The notes: generated by a model from the sequence alone, not told the origin. DNA of 64,000 nucleotides from Chrysomallon squamiferum (GCA_012295275.1 CM022665.1:23498001-23562000), one strand, 5' to 3'; shown: positions 1 to 14,958, counted from the first letter of the stretch. Translations and numbers: made by a program.

Positions 1-1029
1 AGCTTGTGAATGGCGACATTTATTATATTAATGGCAATTACAAACTACAAAGGTTTGAGGTTGACGGTAGCACGCAAGGTAATCAAGCTCATTTGCCTAT
101 TAGCGACTCTGAAAGCTGTGATTATTCCATAAACTGTACCGTCATGTGTACGTGATATGCCCAATACTGAATATCTCAGTCCTCTGCTTGCGTTTAACTG
201 CAATTTATTACAAGTCATTTTAAATCCTTAACAAGATTTCCATATTAATAATACAGTATTTAGCAGTTATCATTTCTTGTGCTTTGTTATTCCCTCCGTT
301 CATTCGTTCTTTTGGCCTATAAATATTGCTTTCTATTTCTTTCCATTTTTCTTCTTCTTTCTTTTTCTCTTTCATTCTCTCTTTCTTACTTTCTTTCTTT
401 CTGTCTTTTCTTTTTCTTTTTCTTTATTTTGGCTTCGTGGCTAAAATAAAAACATGTGAAATGAAATTATTTCTGGTTTTATTATAATTTTTAAATATAA
501 AAATATTCAAGATCATAGTACTTACGTTCATATATCCCCCCCCCCAAGTTCAAGTTATTTATATTATCTGTGTTGACAAATAACATAGCTATTTCTGCTT
601 CTTTATTTCTTTCTTTTGTTTAGTTCATACATTTTTTCTTTATTTCTTCTTTTCAGTCTTCCTTTCTCTTAGTGTCTTTCCTTCTGTTAAACATTAACTC
701 TTTACTTATTTCTTTATATTTTTAAATACACTGACTGAGGATTTAATTTTTTTATTTTTAACAGCAGTTCTGTTTCTGTTTTTTTCTTTTCTCTCTCTCT
801 CCTACGGTTATTAGCTGTATGATAAACACAGCTAGTTAATTATTAGATTGTAAAGAAAATACACACTTTACATTAAAACGTGATAAAATACTGGTTTTCG
901 TAACAGGTCCTGATTTTCACTAATTTTATAAAATGCTGCCTAAGGCAGTTCATACAATACTTCACAAAGCGTTTCTTTTCTGAAATAAAATTTCATAGGT
1001 TATATATAAATCAGTTGTTCAGAAACATT

Positions 1030-1140
1030 CGAGCACTGGCTGGTGCAAGAAGAAATAGCCCAATGATAGCGTCGTCGAAGAGAGTCGATCCTCCAACAAA
1101 ACGATGCCTCAGCCAGATGCTGAACCCCGAAGCGAAATTT
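1030..1140 (-). mobile_element. Degenerate head fragment of a tRNA-derived (Nin-type) SINE
   Basis: gcactggctgg..gaaatagcccaatg...gtcgatcc resembles the end of the 36.3-36.6 kb element (acactggctggaacgataaaaagctcactggg...gatcgacc). Confidence 0.55.
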
Positions 1141-3184
1141 GTCCTCCTCTGTTTGCTCGGAAGATTTAGGCAAGTTTAGCTGTGGATTGGCGCAGGAATT
1201 CAAATTCGATTCTGGTACTTACGAACTGAAATACCTGGGTTTGCCTTCATTATGTTATCAAGGATTCCGATATTACAACTCTGGCTTCGCGTCAGAACTT
1301 CAATAAACTGTCGTTAAATGCAGAAGCCACATAAATGAGATCTAACAAAATTAGGTGTGATAAATGGGACAATAAAATCATTATTCAATCACTCAGTCAA
1401 TCTATTCTAAAAATTAATGCTTAATTTACGAACATAAATCAAATCCTCGAAATTAGAATTCCCTCAACCCAGCTTGGAAATGGCTGTAAAAATTCCATTA
1501 CCGAAAGCTTTACCTCGCGCACGGGAGAAGGCCTATAAACTATTGATACAAGCGACGACTCATTTAGCGTGATGGCCGTTATGAATGTAATTCTTAGTGT
1601 TCACCACTCGCTATCCATTTGTTGTAACACATATGATTGCCGGGCCCAGCGACGTGAAAGAACATAAAGGTTGTGTACAGCGCACAACACGGGAAACCGA
1701 TTTGAACGATTCACGAGAGAAATTAGGAATTAAGCATATAAACATCAAAATCAATAGGAGTCCTGATTTGTTATTTGTAATAAGGTAATGTGATGAATTT
1801 GCTAAATGGTCTGGTTTCAGAGTTAGACTGATGAGTTACTTACGCCGACTTTAGAAATGAATGTCACGGAAGGCTAGTTTCATTTTGGAATAAATAAAAA
1901 AAATGGTTAAATTGTCTAAATGGATTGACATGGCAATTAGATGGTTGTTTTAATACATAGTGGTATATAATTACCGTGGGTTTGAAAACAGTCATTATCG
2001 ACTTTTGTCGGTAGGCGAACGATCAAAATGTCGTATTGTAAAGTACTGTGATCATTTCCATTACCAGTTCAGTCTTTCTTACATATGACTTGTTCTTTTT
2101 CTGAATTATTAATTTTTAATTCGGCCTCTGTAACATATCCAGAGAATGTATGTATGAACGTTTTTTTATCTTGTTTTTTTTTTTTTTTCGTTTTTCACTC
2201 TCTTTCTTTTTCATTGTGTTTGTGTTGCGTGCACGCGTTAGCATGAAAGCATTAATTTAAAATGAGTGTTTATTAGGATAAACAATGCAATTTATTACTT
2301 TCAGAAGTATATTGTAATATAAATATAATTAAAACACGTTTATCAAAGGGCAACCGATTTTAAAACAATAATTAATTTTTAAACAAAATTACATCCACTA
2401 TTTTAGTAAATTAAAAACCACGACTTTAAAGTAACACAAAATAATCTGCAACAGAATAACACATATTGAAAACAACAAACCAACATTAACTATAATTTTA
2501 AAAAGCCGTGCATCATGTATATTAAAATATAAATAAATATTAACCACCACTCATCTTGAACAGTGATTTAAAAATCACCCTTTTATAAACTAATTCTTTT
2601 CTCTCCTCGAAATGTTGAAATCTATGACAATGTAAAAGAGCAAGAACATACTTGCTATTCGTAAAATACACTGGATTTTATTTCATATAATGAGTCTATC
2701 ATTTTGATTATTTTTTATTCAAGCAATTTCATAAAAGAATCTAAACATGAAATTTACATTTACAAGTTCGGTATCATATTGATTTCATGCATTTTGAATT
2801 AAAAATTGCCAAAGGAAGTTACATTTCTGTAAACATATACAGTATTTATAAATTTAAGCAGTAATTTATTTGATATTTAAAAAATAAAATGCACAGCGTT
2901 TTTGAGTTGTAATTAATTAATATTTTCAAAAAAGCGTGTATATATTTATATAATATTTAAAAACAAAAACAAAATTAATAGTAATTTAAATGAACCACAT
3001 AGTGAAAGAATAATAATACAGTTATGTCCTTATTACATCTTAGTTTCTTTACTTGTGAAATAAACTGTATTTATTTATTTATTTATTTACTTATTTATTT
3101 TACGTGTGCATGTGTGTTTTATTTAATTTATTTATATATATCTTCGTCATTATCTTTATTATCATAATCATCATCATCATCATC

Positions 3185-3222
<38 letters not shown>

Positions 3223-3584
3223 TGGGTATCTGTAAGAAACAACTGATCATCATTTGGATGACAAAATTGTTACTTGCTTAACGACAGACGAATAACTATG
3301 TTATCTGAGTCTCTGTCTTGTAATGAATAATAAAATATTTATATATATTGAAAAGAATGTAAATAGCAAATCACTGATTACAGAAATTGAAAAATTATAT
3401 ATGATTTTAAAAAAAAATGAAATAAAATTGTATGATATACGCTGATAACAGTTATTAAAAATGCTTAAAATGTGATATTCTAAGTTAAGACAAAAATAAC
3501 TGTTTAATAATTTTGCCATCATAAAATTAAAAATAGAAGAAAATACCTGGGTATGTGTAATAAAATTGTCTATATTTTTTTTTA

Positions 3585-3619
<35 letters not shown>

Positions 3620-4857
3620 ATTTATATATATATATATTATATATATATCTCTGTGTGTGTGTGTGTGTGTGTTAATTTCCTATTTCAATAGCTGTTGCGC
3701 TCTTTATTTAAATCTTGCAACCAAATACTCAAATAATTTATTAACGTCTCACATTCATTACAAAATAAAACAAACATAAAAATGTAAAAACCATATCCTT
3801 TGGATTTAAGAAGAAAGAAAATTAATAAAACGGTTATGTAAAATACAATAATAAAACGGTTATGTAAAATACAATAATAAAAAGTAGAAAAATACAATAA
3901 TAAAAAGGTAGATACGGTAATTGATATGATGATGGTAATGATTTAGCAATTATAAGATGCCAACGGCAAAGATCATCACAGTGGATAACGTAAGATAAAA
4001 GACTATTATTTTCTACAATTATTTTATAATTACTGGTGATATAAACACAAACATATATATATATATATATATATATATCTTAGTTTAATCGGAGAATCGT
4101 ATTCATTTTATTTATTATTAAAATTAACATTTTTCTATCACCTTTTTCTGACGAATGATTTAACGTCATAACTTAGACCGATTGTTTAAGAATTTAACTA
4201 CTAGTAAAATATATCAAAATTTACATATTAATATATACTTTTTTATTATTTTCTCTTGTTTAGAGTTATTAAACTCTCTCTCTCTCTCTCTCTCTCAAAA
4301 ATAAATTATATATATATATATATATATAATATTAATACAATCACCATCAAAACTGTTCGAAGAAGTTTTAAAAAAGAAAGAAGCAATCAGTGTTCAACAC
4401 AATGTTCTAAAAGTCGAGTTAAATAATAAAGAATGTTACGATACTGTTAAATTAAATACTAGTATTAACTACAAGTTGCAGCTAGAAGTTTGTTAAGATG
4501 CTTTACGTAGCTAATAATTACTTACTGTAGCCACGAGAAATTGTGTTACACGGTATTTTCACTCTGACAATAAAATTCCTAACCGTCTTGTTATTGTTTT
4601 TACAATTAAATAAATAAATAAATAAATAAATAAATTAAAATCAGATGCCTGTGTCAGTTGCCAGTCTTTTTTCTTGATTTCTTCTTCTTCTATTATTATT
4701 ATTATTATTAATATTATTGTTGTTGTTGTTGTTTCATTTCTATCCTGTTTGAATAAGCTTCTTCTTTTGTTAATGAATTATATTTTTACATCTAAACAAA
4801 TAAAGGAACATTTTATCTAAGCTCTATGTTCAGTATGATCTGTAGTAAGTATTTTCG

Positions 4858-4888
<31 letters not shown>

Positions 4889-5531
4889 AAAAGGGAAAAG
4901 AAAAGAAAAGAAAACAGAAAAGTAGTTGTTATACATAGACGTATTACGCAGACGCTGTAACCAGTCTAGTGGCGAGATTACTAGCTTGATAAGCGGATGA
5001 ATCAGTCCATTTCGCAGTGGACTTTTGGTCTTTTCCTGTTCCAGCCAATGCTTAAATACATGACGTATAAAAGGCTGCACTGTGTGTTCGCTGTTCTTTG
5101 GAAAGTGCATATTCAGTTTTTCTACATGCGAAGAATGACTACATGTTTTTTCTTACACGTGTATCATCAATCAAATGAGTTTATGATTAACAGCTAATAA
5201 CTATACTGAGATTTCAGAGGAAAAAATATATTCATTCATGCATTCATTCGTTCATTCGTTCATTCTTTCTTTCGATAATTCACTCTTTTGTTTGTTCCAT
5301 TAATCATCAGTCGTGAAGTTTAGTTAGTTTTATTGTTATTGTCGTTTTTTTAATTTAATTTTAATTTAATTTAATTTTAATTTAATTTTAATTTTAATTA
5401 ATATTTATTTTTCATTTCATTCTTTTAAATTTAATTTAATTTAATTTAATTTAATAAAATTTTATGTACGAAAATATGGATATCTACGAAAATATCCGAT
5501 CTCTGCATTTACGGAAACAACCGAAACATAC

Positions 5532-7826
5532 CTGGATTCTGTCTTCTGGTAATGTGGTCTTCATAGCCAACACTTCTCGTGTCTGTACATCTGGATAATG
5601 TGCGTCTTTGAAAGCTTTTTCCAGCTCATCGAGTTGATAGCTTGTGAAAATCGTTCTATCACAAAAGAAAAATTATTTAATAAAATGTTAAGTATTTAGA
5701 TATTAATACATTTTAAACACTCTGTTTTTAAGAAATTAGAAATGTGTATTTTAAACAGTGTGTTTAAAAATTTATATATATTTCAAGAGCTGTAAGTATT
5801 TAAATTCAAACATAAATTTTAAGTTATTTGCTATTTCCTTGGGGAAGAAATTTTTTTTTTTTTTTTTTTTTTTTTGTTTATCGAAAAACTGTTTTCAGAA
5901 GATAATTAGCAAAACTTTACGTAACAGAATATAGTATCTAGATAATAAAAAAACATAGGTATAAATTTACAATAAATAAATTAATTAATTAACTAATTAA
6001 TACTTTTACTAATTCGAACATATCTCTGCATCACCATCACCATTTCAAAAACAACAACAACAACAACAAAAACCAAAGTGCTATTTCTGCTTTTACAACT
6101 ACTATCACTTAACAACACATAACAATATTAGTAATAATAATAAAACAAATTAATAATAATGATAATAATAATAATAATAACTGCATTTCAAGTATTATTT
6201 ACTTTTATTTCTACATCGACATATTAACCCTATTTCGATATAAATTAATCATGAATTATACCTTATAAAATTATCAAGAAATTAAATCTAATTCAAAATA
6301 TCATAACTAATCAAAAATAATTTAAAAAAAATGTTTGGTTAAAAACCATTATTATTAGAAGTAGTAGTGGTAGTAGTTGCAGTAGTAGTAGTAGTTGTAA
6401 TAGCTGTAGTAGTAGCAGGAGCAGTGATAGGTGGAGGCATAATAGTAGAAGAAGTAGTAACTGTTATAATAATAGTATTAGTGGTTGTGGTAAAGGAAAT
6501 AGCATCAACAGAAAAAAATAGCAGTATTGTGTATAGTTACTCTTACAAACACACAGACGTACACACACACAAACACAAACACTCAAACAAACAAACAAAT
6601 ACGTATATACACATACACGTAAATAAAAATGCATGGATACTATACATACTCACAAACGTAAGTACACATAGATATATACATACACACATATACACATACA
6701 CACATACATATATACATACACACATACACACATATACACATAGATACGTAATGTTCCTACCTATGACGCCGCTTTTTCTTTTTCTTCTTTGGATTATTTT
6801 GTGCAAATTGAAGATTATCAAATGGAGTGTGCTGTTTTCTCTCTTCACATTCTGTAAAATAAAAAACCAATATATGGCAAGTGAAAACATCGTTTATATG
6901 CCTACTGATGTTTTAAATATATATATATATAACACACACACACATATAAGTAGGGAAATTAAATTAAATATATAAAACAATTAATAATTATATTAAACAA
7001 ATGATGTAACTAAGAAAATAATTAAGATGAATAAAAATAAATAAGCAAACAATTAAATAGAAATAATAATAAAATAATTAAAAAGAAATAGAAATAAATA
7101 AATAGCAAGAAAATAAAAAAACCCATAAATTTATCTCCATTTAAAAAAAACAGAAAAATCCAAAATGACAGCAAAAATGAAAGAAAACAAATAAAAATAA
7201 ATAAACAGATAATTAGGTAGCTAGACAGAAAGATAAATTAGATAGACATATAGATATATAGATACATACATAAATGCATACATACATATCAGCTAATATT
7301 TGTTTGTAAACTGAAACTGAAACTAGTTTCGTTGGTATAAGATCCAGTCTTTTCTTGTATTGTTTATTATACTGATCTGTATCGTAATAGCTCAAAACAG
7401 GAAGCTATTTAAAACGGCTCGTTAAAACAGTTTTAAATTAATTTACATTAAAGCGGTTCCTGAAGCGAGAAGGTGATGTTAGAAACAGAATTAAAACTAC
7501 TAATTTATACTAAAAATATTTAAGAATTAAAACTACTAATTTCAAAAATATTTTTAAAGACAACAAAATAAAGAAATAAATACGAGAAGATGTATCATAC
7601 AGTTAGTATTCATATCATAGGCTTTGATTTTTTTGATTTTTTTCTACTTTATTATTCATGATATAAAATAATAATAATAATAATAATAATAAAAAATAAA
7701 ACAATAACAAATATAAATAAATAAAAATAAGCAATAAAATTATAAAAAATAAACCAAAATAGTATATATAAAACTTTTGATAAACAGTTTCTTACAGAAA
7801 TGATTTTCTGTAATGATAAATAGATA

Positions 7827-7863
<37 letters not shown>

Positions 7864-8413
7864 TATACATGCAAATCATTTTAATATTACGTTCGTCTGA
7901 CATATGAATATTTAATTTTATATTTTTAGCATAAATAATTACCTTTTATTTCTGGTTTTTTTTTCATTAATAATATGTAATTATTAATAGCATATATTTT
8001 ATCAGCTTTAATTTACCTTGTTTCAAAAATTCTCTATTTGAAGGTGCTGAGAAAATGTTGAAGTTTAGAATAGTTTGACCGGATGTGTTGAAAGAATCAA
8101 TCAGAGGATTGTTCCACGGTTGGTAAGGGTACCCAGAGGCAGGACCCTGGGACGTTCTTCTCTGCCCCAGGGGAAATAACGACCCCCTGATGTCTGGCGG
8201 GTTTGCTATCCTAGCACTGGATTCATCTTCGGACGTTTCTTTAATGGTGGTGTCCCTGTCATTCTGATGTCGCAGTCCTAGCAAATCTCGGATAGAAAAA
8301 GCTGTCTTCTTTCTCGGTTCCATCATGTAGCTCGCCGAAGCTGCAATTGCTGCCAGAGGTCCCGTTCTGTTATCCGACAGGCCGGTCAAGAAAGCCTGGT
8401 GGGCTGACTTCAT
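5532..8413 (-). CDS. Vsx: Vsx/Chx10-class (paired-like) homeobox transcription factor, exons 1-3, 3' partial
   Basis: Exons 8413-8017, 6851-6761 and 5655-5532 have GT-AG boundaries and join in frame. The product has an eh1/octapeptide-like FSIRDLLGL, then [51 protein letters not shown], ending at the typical intron before VWFQNRR. AHYPDV and LPEDRIQ are Vsx-diagnostic. The helix-3/CVC exon was not found, so it probably lies beyond position 1. Confidence 0.93.
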
Positions 8414-8930
8414 TTTCGAAATTTCCTAGATTTAATATCTATCAGCTTGCTGACGTTGTTAATTTTGCCCAAAGGGTTTCACAATAGAACCTCTATTACC
8501 AATTTCCCGTGCTCGTAGCAGTAGCAATATTTTATCTGCGGCGGATCGACGACCATGATCGTCAGGGCTCATAAAGCAATAGAAGTAACCGCCTCTTGAT
8601 TTGATGATGCTGTGTGCAATGTCATTCGTTGTAATAAGCCATTGTGGCCCAGTCAGCATGATTGAAACAAACCACGATTGGTTACATTTCCCGGCTCAGC
8701 GATTTTCCAATAATGTCGATTTTTATTAAGTGGCTTCTGAGGGTCATAGGAAATTCCGCAGGTTGATTCAAAACTTGCTAGCGCTTTCAAGCAGTGATTG
8801 TCTACAGATGTTATACAATGGCTTTGTTAGCGACGAAACAAACCGCTTGAACAAACATGTTGCCGTGCTGCAGAGGACACCGTAATCATTAACGTACCTA
8901 AACGATTTCGTTATAAATAATATTGCCATA
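8414..8930 (-). promoter_or_regulatory. Probable 5'UTR/proximal promoter of Vsx
   Basis: CpG-containing, microsatellite-free island directly upstream of the ATG, with a CCAAT motif (gattgg near 8676-8681) and TAAT motifs. No TSS can be placed. Confidence 0.5.
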
Positions 8931-9470
8931 AACATAATCGAATTTCTTCTTTATATATTCCTTTCTTTTTAATTTTATATGTATATATATATATACATAT
9001 TTTTTTTTTTTTTTTTTCAAGGTTTAAATTCTGTAATAAACAAAAACATTTAATTTCCTATTACCTGGTGTTGTAGTAAATATTCAGAAAAAAAGGGATA
9101 TGATTATATTTTAATGATAATGATTACACTGCAGACCTGTATTGTTCTTCCAAGTAGAACAGTACGTGACTGACAGGCTTAATAATGTTTATATACGTAA
9201 CCATATATTTAAACACAGTTTGTATACTCACTAGATACCACATTATATTAAACACTAGCTGTACTAGAGACAGCAGTTATTAACTTGTTATGAACGCAAG
9301 AAACTAAGCTAACATTTCTGCCACGAGTCAAAAGAGATATACGAAAAAAAAAAAAAAACATTTAAAGAATCTTTCCACAAATCATCACCAATTTCAGTGC
9401 GAATATTTTCATCGCCTTTTTCTTCGTTTTTGGCTTTTATTTTTCAGTTTCTTCATCATAATCATGATTA

Positions 9471-9501
<31 letters not shown>

Positions 9502-9771
9502 GTTTATTTCCTTATATATATATTTAAACATACTTTTCTACTTTTGTCTTTCTTGTGTTGACAATTAATGCTGCTTTCCATTGCTTTTAGTCATCGCTGA
9601 AACGCCATCTAAAAATTCTCAGTGAACAAAAACACAAACTTGTTATTTGGTTACAGAATAAAGATATAAAAGGGTTTGTGAAATAGACTTTATCTTAATG
9701 AGATATTAGTATATTTGATAATATACAGATATTTAAAATTACTAAGTTATTTAATTTTTGGCATTATTTTT

Positions 9772-9772
<1 letters not shown>

Positions 9773-9864
<92 letters not shown>
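9773..9864. repeat. (CT)n microsatellite
   Basis: Perfect dinucleotide run. It is one of dozens of AT, AC, AG, ATT and ATCT microsatellites in the window. Confidence 0.97.
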
Positions 9865-9866
<2 letters not shown>

Positions 9867-12022
9867 CATTATTCTCACATTTTTGATTCTTTATAACTCG
9901 GGTTCAAATTTGTCTTATGAAACGTTATGACAGAGAGAGTTTGTTCATGCAAAGAATGTGAAAAAACAATATATATATATATATATTGTCACCTCTAAAC
10001 TTTACTGTACGTTAACGACATAAAACGATTCGTGTACATAAAATGTTTTTTATTTTTTATTTTTTATTTTTTTATCGATATATTTAAATATAAATCTTAT
10101 TACTGCCGTTATTGCTGTTGTTATATAGCTTATAAAATTATAAATTGAAACAGTAAAATTAATGCTTGCTGTATTTTGAAATTTATTTAACTATTGTAGG
10201 TAGTCAAACTATGAGTTACACACACATATATGAAACAATATTTTTACAGTCTGAACAATATACTAAATATGTTTTTATTTTCGAAAACAAAATTTCAAAT
10301 TTTGATCAGCTCTGAATTTCTAATAGAAAATTATGTTAGGCATGTTTTCATGAATACCTTAGGTTTGTATATAAAACTTAAAAGCTTGAAAACTTGAACA
10401 TGACATAAGCGAATCATTTCATTTTTACTTGATCAATTTTCTAATATATTATGTTTGAGAATCTGCAGCGTTTGATTATTCAACACTTGAATTTGTATGG
10501 ATACTTAAGTCAAGAGCTATTTTATAATACATATCGATAAAACTGCACGTCGCTTGTGTTTGAATCCTGTTATTACCAGAACGCGTTGACTTGATGTTTT
10601 AAAGCCCTGATTGAGACACGTACAGAAGAATCCATAATTTTGTTGGCTCTTTCGTGAGGCAACACTAACCCGAGCCACAGGGCAAGGAAATCAATTATAC
10701 TGACGAGCAATTGAGAAAAAAAGTATTTTCAAGTCCATTGATAAAAGAAGCCCCAAAAAGCAAGCGACCTTCTATAAGCAAACAAAAGTCGTCGTCTTGA
10801 GGGGACCAAACGACATTACCTCCGAGCAGACGACACGAAGAGTCTTTCGCGCCTAACAATGATATGGCACAAGGTTATTACACGGTCTTCCGAGAAAATG
10901 AAATTCGATTTTAATATCCGACAAATCGAGTAAAATGAGCCGAATGAGATTTAGATTAAGATTTCCTTGTTTACAATTCGTCAAATTGCCAATGCTTATT
11001 TAATTACAGGTAATTCCGTTCCTTTCGTTTACACATTAGGGCTTCTTGAAGGAGACGAGCAGAGCCACTTCAGTCGCAGTCGCAGGCTAGTTGATGCAAT
11101 TTCGTTCAGGCAATCTTCTCAGATGGCTTCGAGAAATGTTATTTTGTTTAGCATATGTTTGCTCCTTCTGTGTTTGCAAAGGAAAAATACTGAGAGCACG
11201 GGACTTTGATTTTCTTCTTTTCTCTTCCTTTCATTCTAAATCTGAAGCAAAAACCCCGATTTATTTTATTTTTTTAATTATATTTTTTTTAAGGCCATTA
11301 TAAAATTGAGTGTACAGTTGAATAAATGAGAGAACCGTTTTTGTTTTCTTTCTAATTACATTCCGTTTGGATGTTTAATCACATCGCTTTTCTTCTTTCC
11401 TTTTAAACTTCAAAGATTTTCTGACCATCCTACCACGGCCAAAAATAAACGCTCATTCTATAAGTATTTACATACTGAATAAAAAATAAAACATCTTCAT
11501 TCGTTAAAAAAGCAAATAATGAAATAAAACATTAAAAATAATAATAATAATATAAATTCATATAATGTGGTAAAAAAAAAGGATTAAGGAACACGAACGA
11601 AAATGATTCAATTTCACAATAAATGGAAGAAAGTAAATTTAATTTTTTCTCTCATGTATCGAAGTCATAAAAAAAAAAAAAAAAAATCTCTATATTAAAT
11701 TTGTGTTCACGATAAAAGATTAAACGAAGAAAACGTGTCTCAGTATCTGTCTGTCCACTCACACATCCTTCCATTCATATAGCCATCCGTTGACCACCCC
11801 TCTGTGTAAACACATCCTTCTATTTTTATGTCCATCTGAATTATCTCTACACTGTAATGAAGCAAGTGTAACGAAAAGAATAAACAAATACATACTCAGC
11901 TGATCAGCCTGTCAATTAGTTAATCCTTAAAGAAAGAAAAACACGAGAAAAACAAAGAAAGAAACAAAAATTTATTTTTTTTTTATTTTATTTATTAAAA
12001 TCATTTCAAATATGTTTCTTCA

Positions 12023-12267
12023 TCACACTGAAGTGTAGTTATAACCACAATGACAGTGTTGATCAATGCAGTGTATCTGATGAAGATTACAAGAACAGTC
12101 TCTGGCGAAACTCAGGCATTCGTGACGAAAAGTGCATACAGCTCCTGAAACAGACAAATATGTTTAGACAGAGGCAAGATATGATGATTATATAAATTTC
12201 AATTTTTTTCTGTTACTGACGGAACTGTTTTTGCTTCGATAAATTACTTTGTATTCACACACACACA

Positions 12268-12309
<42 letters not shown>

Positions 12310-13754
12310 TGTTCAAAGTTACCTCTTTAATGTTTAATTGCTGATTTAGGTTTTAAAATACAATTCTGAACACGGTTTTTTTTTTTTTTTTTCTTTTGTT
12401 TTGTTTTTTAAATAACAAATAAATCGTCGTTAATTAAGAACTATTTTGTTTTAATGTATATTTTTTGTAGGGCGAAAACGAAACCAATACGCGCGAATCT
12501 ATTACTCCCGAGAGTGGTGAGCTTAAAAATAAAACAGTTAATTCTATTTAGTTTTTGTATTATTTAGGATTGCTGGATAAAAGAAACAACTGGTTACTGT
12601 CTTAAAATAAATGTCATCTTTATCCTGCTCACGTCGGTATTCGCAAGATAAAGCTGATACATATTAAGACCGAAACCAGCAATTCCTTTTACATATAAGT
12701 ATGTCTATATATGGGTGTACAACTCATGGTGGCAGAGTGTGGGGTGTGGCTTCCTTCCAAAACAGTAGGAAAAACGGGGACAAAGCCAAAGGAAACTGGT
12801 GCTTGTTTTTTTTTCTGTAAAATCTCCGGACAAATCAACCTCTCTGTCCTTTCCTTTTAACTACACGCTCAGTTACTCATTGCTGAACTACAGATGGAAA
12901 AGAATGATATATTTAAAGCAAAGACACAGCAAAAACGAGCTTGCAGTTAACGTTAACCATTTTAAAATTTGAATAAAATTAGCTTCCTTTTTATTTTAAT
13001 AATGTCCCATTGGTCGGCCTCTTTGATCATTGTTACATACCTTCTGTATGTTGTTTTTTGCTGGTTTTTTTTTTAAAAGAATTTTATTATTTTAATTTTT
13101 TTAAATTATAAGTTATGCTAAATATTCAAAAATTAAAAAAAAGAAAGAAACAAACGAAAAAAATGAACATCTTTTTTTTATATTCTCTCTTTTTTTTTTT
13201 TTTTTTTTTTTTTTAAAGGATGTTTTATTGAAAAGAAAGAATGAAAAAAAAAAATCATAATGTTCACAATATAATAATGTGATTGGAAATTTCGAGATAT
13301 TTTTCCCTTTTACTTCTAAGGAAGAAATCGTGGAAAAAAGAAAATTCATAAGCTGCACAGTTTTAACTATTTCAGTTAAAAATGATAGTCGTCAGTCTGT
13401 CCCTACCTATCCGTTTTCGACGGTTTCCCATTAATGTTTTAAACACTGAAAACTGCCATTTTGAGGTTTTATGAATTTTTGCTTGTTTGTTTATTGTTAT
13501 GTAAATAAAGTTTTAATTTATAATTTGAATCTAAATAACATTTTTAACAAAACTATTAAATTTGTATGAAGTGATCTTCTTGGTTTGTTGAAGTTTTTCT
13601 TTCTTTCTTTTCAGTTGTATTTTCTTGTTAAATAGAATACTTTAATGAATTCACCAGAAACACAGAAGTGTTAATGTGAATTAATTATGTTAATACTATC
13701 TCTCTCTTTATCTCTCCATCAATCCATCTATCTATCTTTCTCTCTATCTCTCTC

Positions 13755-13803
<49 letters not shown>

Positions 13804-14958
13804 ATGTCTATCTATCTATCTATCTATCAATCTATATATGTATAATTTTGTAAAGATTATTTTGTGAAATATATTAAATTAAACATTCTTTGGCAGTTAT
13901 TTAACAAATCAGTTTATTTTATTTTATTTTATTTTTAAATGCAGTTGGTTGTCATTACGATTTATAAAAATATTTGTAAATTTACAGAAAATAATTTAAC
14001 TTGAGTAATCCGTCAAAGTTTATTTTATATTTTATATTTACAGTAAGACTGAGTAATTTTATGATGTTTAATAAATCAGTCCAAAATAAAATAAGTCTGT
14101 ACGTGGCAACGAATCTGGATGCTAAGAATATAAATCATTTTAAAATGCGTATCAAGTTTGGATTTAATAATAATAATAATAATAATTGCAACAACAACAG
14201 CAACAACAACAGTAATGATGAAGATGCTGATGACTGTATAACCACACTATTTGAGAACACGTCATGTGACTTGCGATTTCAAGCTGAGAAACATTCGAGT
14301 TATATTTGTGCAAAATACTTCTTATATTTATGACTATGTTTTTGAAACTTTTTGTAAAAATTGCTGTTTTGTTTTACTGATAATTTCTGTGTAACCGCAA
14401 ATACGATAAACAGACAGAATATAATAGTAAACTGCATTTAACGTGAATTGTACGAAATGTGTTTAAGGGATACGAAAAGGAATTATAACTGAACTGATCA
14501 AGATATTTTGTAATATTTTATTCCAGTAGGTGCCAAAATAATGATTAAAACATGCTATTTGCATCACTTAGACTAATGAAAATGGAAAAACGATATTTTC
14601 TCTCTCTCTATATATATACATTATTTTTCTCTCCATGTAATTCCTTGCACAAGTTTCGGAATTTTCAGCAATCAAATCTAATATAGGTAATTTAATAACA
14701 GTCGAATATCGGAAGAAATGAAGAGTGATGGTGAAAGAAGCAATAAACAGATGACAAATTTAATAAATTTGTATTATGTAATTTTACGTAACAGTGTAGA
14801 GAACAAGACCCACAGGAAAGTATTCTTTTAAACGATCTGATAGGAAGAGGCGTGCTCAGCACTAAAACTGTTACACAAAGAAACATGAACGTGGAACATT
14901 TTCAGAATAGTACTGTGGACTCGGCAACAAATAATGTTTTTATTTCTTTTGAGTTCTT

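Noticed and set aside
1000-1203. ORF with RIDSLRRR, vaguely OAR-like, as a possible last Vsx exon
   Set aside because: It overlaps a SINE head remnant, and the helix-3/CVC exon that must precede it is absent.
1806-1826. Plus-strand ATG GTC TGG TTT CAG (MVWFQ) resembling homeodomain helix 3
   Set aside because: Wrong strand for Vsx and followed by S-stop rather than NRR, so a chance match.
6367-6975. 202-aa plus-strand ORF and similar low-complexity ORFs (24565-24975, 30148-30422, 43190-43545, 44402-44697)
   Set aside because: These are translations of GTA/ACT/CA/GA microsatellites. The first lies antisense over Vsx exon 2.
14215-14333. DDCITT...SCD in a plus-strand ORF, resembling the Cys-rich peptide
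   Set aside because: Opposite strand, Cys spacing does not match, and it runs out of an AAT/AAC microsatellite.
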